A stretch of DNA of 64,000 nt from the NCBI GenBank assembly GCA_017938435.1, contig JAGBBO010000037.1, positions 1,616-65,615 on the forward strand. Reading direction: 5' to 3'. The translations under genes and the position numbers were made by a program. Numbering within the stretch: position 1 is the first letter of the stretch; the number at the start of each line of letters is the position of its first letter. This document shows, piece by piece, positions 62,137 to 64,000 of this stretch. Under the pieces are notes generated by a model. It saw nothing but the letters and a program-made list of their open reading frames with translations. It had not been told where the DNA came from and ran no database searches. The DNA is from Alphaproteobacteria bacterium. Lineage in GTDB: Bacteria; Pseudomonadota; Alphaproteobacteria; Rs-D84; CACZYB01.

Positions 62137-63048
62137 TTATTTTTTAAATAAGTTATTAAGTGGATGTTTTTCTTCCACTGCTTTTTTAAGCCTGTCCGTC
62201 ATTATATGGGTATATATTTGCGTTGTTGCAATGTCGGAATGTCCCAACATTATTTGCACGGCTCTTAAATCTGCACCTCCCGCAACAAGATGCGATGCAA
62301 ACGAATGTCTGAATACATGGGGAGATACTTTTGCAGGATCAATACCAGCGGAAATTGCAATATCTTTTAAATTTTTATAAAAAATATCTCTTGTTTGATG
62401 TCCACTGGTACCCCTTGATGGAAATAAAAATTTTGATGTTTCACCATCTTTAATAAAAACATTTCTAACATTTTTATATTCTTCGTATAATTCTAAAGCT
62501 TTTTTATTAAGTGGAACAAGTCGTTCTTTTGACCCTTTTCCCATTACTTCCACAAATTCATTTTTAATAATGGATTTTAATGGCAAAGAAACTAATTCAC
62601 TTACTCTTAATCCCGTTGCGTATAAAAGTTCCATTTGAAATTCAAGTCTTATTCCCCGAGCAGTATGTATTTTTTTTGCAGTTTTGATTAAAAGTTCAAT
62701 CTCTTCTTTTGATAAATATTTTGGTAAAGATTTCCCTATTTTAGGTGAAAAAATCCCGTATGTTGGATTTTTTTCAATAATATTTTCCGAAAGTAAAAAT
62801 ATATAAAACGAATGTAATGCCGATAATTTTCTTGCTTGAGATTTAGAAGAATATTTATTTTCTTGTAAATAGGAAAGATATTGTTTTATATCTGCTTTTT
62901 GTGCCGATTCTAAATTTTTAACATTACATTCAGTATTAAGGAAATTTTGAAATTCCTCTAAGTCGGATAAATAAGACTTAAAGGTGTTCTGTGATGCACC
63001 TTTTTCGGCAATCATCATTTCCAAAAATCTTTTAACATTATTTTCCAT
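62137..63048 (-). CDS. xerD: Tyrosine recombinase XerD
   Basis: LYATGLRVSEL, GKGSKER.VP, SPHVFRHSFASH, LGH.DI.TTQIYTH; ATG at 63048. Confidence 0.9.
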   Translation of the reverse strand: MENNVKRFLEMMIAEKGASQNTFKSYLSDLEEFQNFLNTECNVKNLESAQKADIKQYLSYLQENKYSSKSQARKLSALHSFYIFLLSENIIEKNPTYGIFSPKIGKSLPKYLSKEEIELLIKTAKKIHTARGIRLEFQMELLYATGLRVSELVSLPLKSIIKNEFVEVMGKGSKERLVPLNKKALELYEEYKNVRNVFIKDGETSKFLFPSRGTSGHQTRDIFYKNLKDIAISAGIDPAKVSPHVFRHSFASHLVAGGADLRAVQIMLGHSDIATTQIYTHIMTDRLKKAVEEKHPLNNLFKK

Positions 63049-63086
63049 AAAAGGTATTTTACAACTTTTTGAAATATAAGGCAAAT

Positions 63087-63112
63087 AAAAAAGCCTGATT
63101 TTCATCAGGCTT
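63087..63112 (-). terminator. Intrinsic terminator of fpr
   Basis: AAGCCTGA/TCAGGCTT stem with a T-tract on the minus strand. Confidence 0.7.
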
Positions 63113-63116
63113 GATA

Positions 63117-63893
63117 TTAGTGTTTATCGAAATAAAGGTTGCCTTTTTCTTTTAGTGTATGTCTTGTAAAACCTTTATTTGTAAATATTTCAACACACTC
63201 ATCAACCATTTTCGGATTACCACAAAGGAATACATGAAAATCTTCAGGTTTTATTTTTACACCGAAATCTTTTTCCACAGTTCCATTAGTAATTAAATTT
63301 TGAGCATGTCCCCTATATCCGTTCCATTCCATACCTACTTCTTGATCAGCACGAGAAACAATAGGATAATAACGGAAATAAGGCGATTTTTTTTGAAGTT
63401 CTTCTAATTCACCTTTAAATCCAAGTTCATAAGTATGTCTTGCACCATGGATAAGAGCAACTTGTCTTTTTCCATTAAGGATTTCATCTTTATGTTCCCT
63501 TATCATACTTACAAATGGAGCGATTCCAGTACCAGTACTTATGAATAAAAGATTTGCATCTTCCTCTACACCATTAAAATTCATTAACCCAGCAGGTTTT
63601 TCACCCATAAATATTTCATCCCCAGGTTTAAGGTTGAAAAGTCTAGGTGTAAGTCTTCCATCTTTAACTAAAACTATATAAAATTCTACTTCATCTTGAC
63701 TAGGGGCAGAAGTGATTGAATATGCTCGTCTATGCCATTCGCCATCAAGATTGTTTGCATCATCAGGAAGAGCAAGCACAGCAAATTGACCAGCTTTAAA
63801 CTCAAATTTATGCCCATCTTTAAACGAGATAAAGAAAAGCTTTATTTCAGGAGTAATATCCTTTATATTTTTAACAACAGCATTATATTGCAT
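63117..63893 (-). CDS. fpr: Ferredoxin/flavodoxin--NADP+ reductase
   Basis: FKAGQF, RAYSI.S, G.LT..L, TGTGIAPF, FLCGNP.M. Confidence 0.9.
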   Translation of the reverse strand: MQYNAVVKNIKDITPEIKLFFISFKDGHKFEFKAGQFAVLALPDDANNLDGEWHRRAYSITSAPSQDEVEFYIVLVKDGRLTPRLFNLKPGDEIFMGEKPAGLMNFNGVEEDANLLFISTGTGIAPFVSMIREHKDEILNGKRQVALIHGARHTYELGFKGELEELQKKSPYFRYYPIVSRADQEVGMEWNGYRGHAQNLITNGTVEKDFGVKIKPEDFHVFLCGNPKMVDECVEIFTNKGFTRHTLKEKGNLYFDKH

Positions 63894-64000
63894 CGTAAAA
63901 TCCTTTAATTATTATATACTGGATAACATATAATAGCTTAAATCTTTAAAAAAATCAATTGCAAAAAATAAAATAGTGTGTTATACCTCTACACAGATAC

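Noticed and set aside
62137-63048. Phage integrase that could mobilise the tRNA elements
   Set aside because: Length and motifs fit housekeeping XerD, and there are no att sites or cargo genes nearby.

Overview
This 64 kb window is from a very AT-rich bacterial chromosome. Its gene content (MipZ, GapR/DUF2312, TIGR02300, Mic60-like, Tim44-like, SecB, LpoA-like) points to a small-genome alphaproteobacterium; that assignment is inferred from protein families. Most genes are housekeeping: malQ, pyk, gap, gyrB, rph, mnmG, ileS, parAB, rsmG, uvrD, frr, uppS, cdsA, smpB, topA, serS, fabDG, xerD and fpr. There are four tRNA genes, a perfect parS site and a probable replication origin with non-canonical TTATTAACA boxes. 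The most unusual signal is a ~70-nt hairpin with a conserved CTCGCTAACA(A/C)CGCTCG loop. It sits inside duplications of the tRNA 3' end behind three of the four tRNA genes (Arg-CCG, Gln-CTG, Gln-TTG), always in tRNA sense, and is tandemly amplified at Gln-TTG. Other highlights are a large Cys-rich surface-protein gene frameshifted by a 13-bp tandem duplication in its signal peptide, an isolated virB3-virB4 pair plus scattered orphan ORFs with similar basic C-terminal tails, an IrrE/ImmA-like protein lacking HExxH, a phage-type orphan plus MazG-like gene between two DUF378 paralogs, and a GC-richer structured non-coding segment after gap. All calls come from reading the sequence; no database searches were run.
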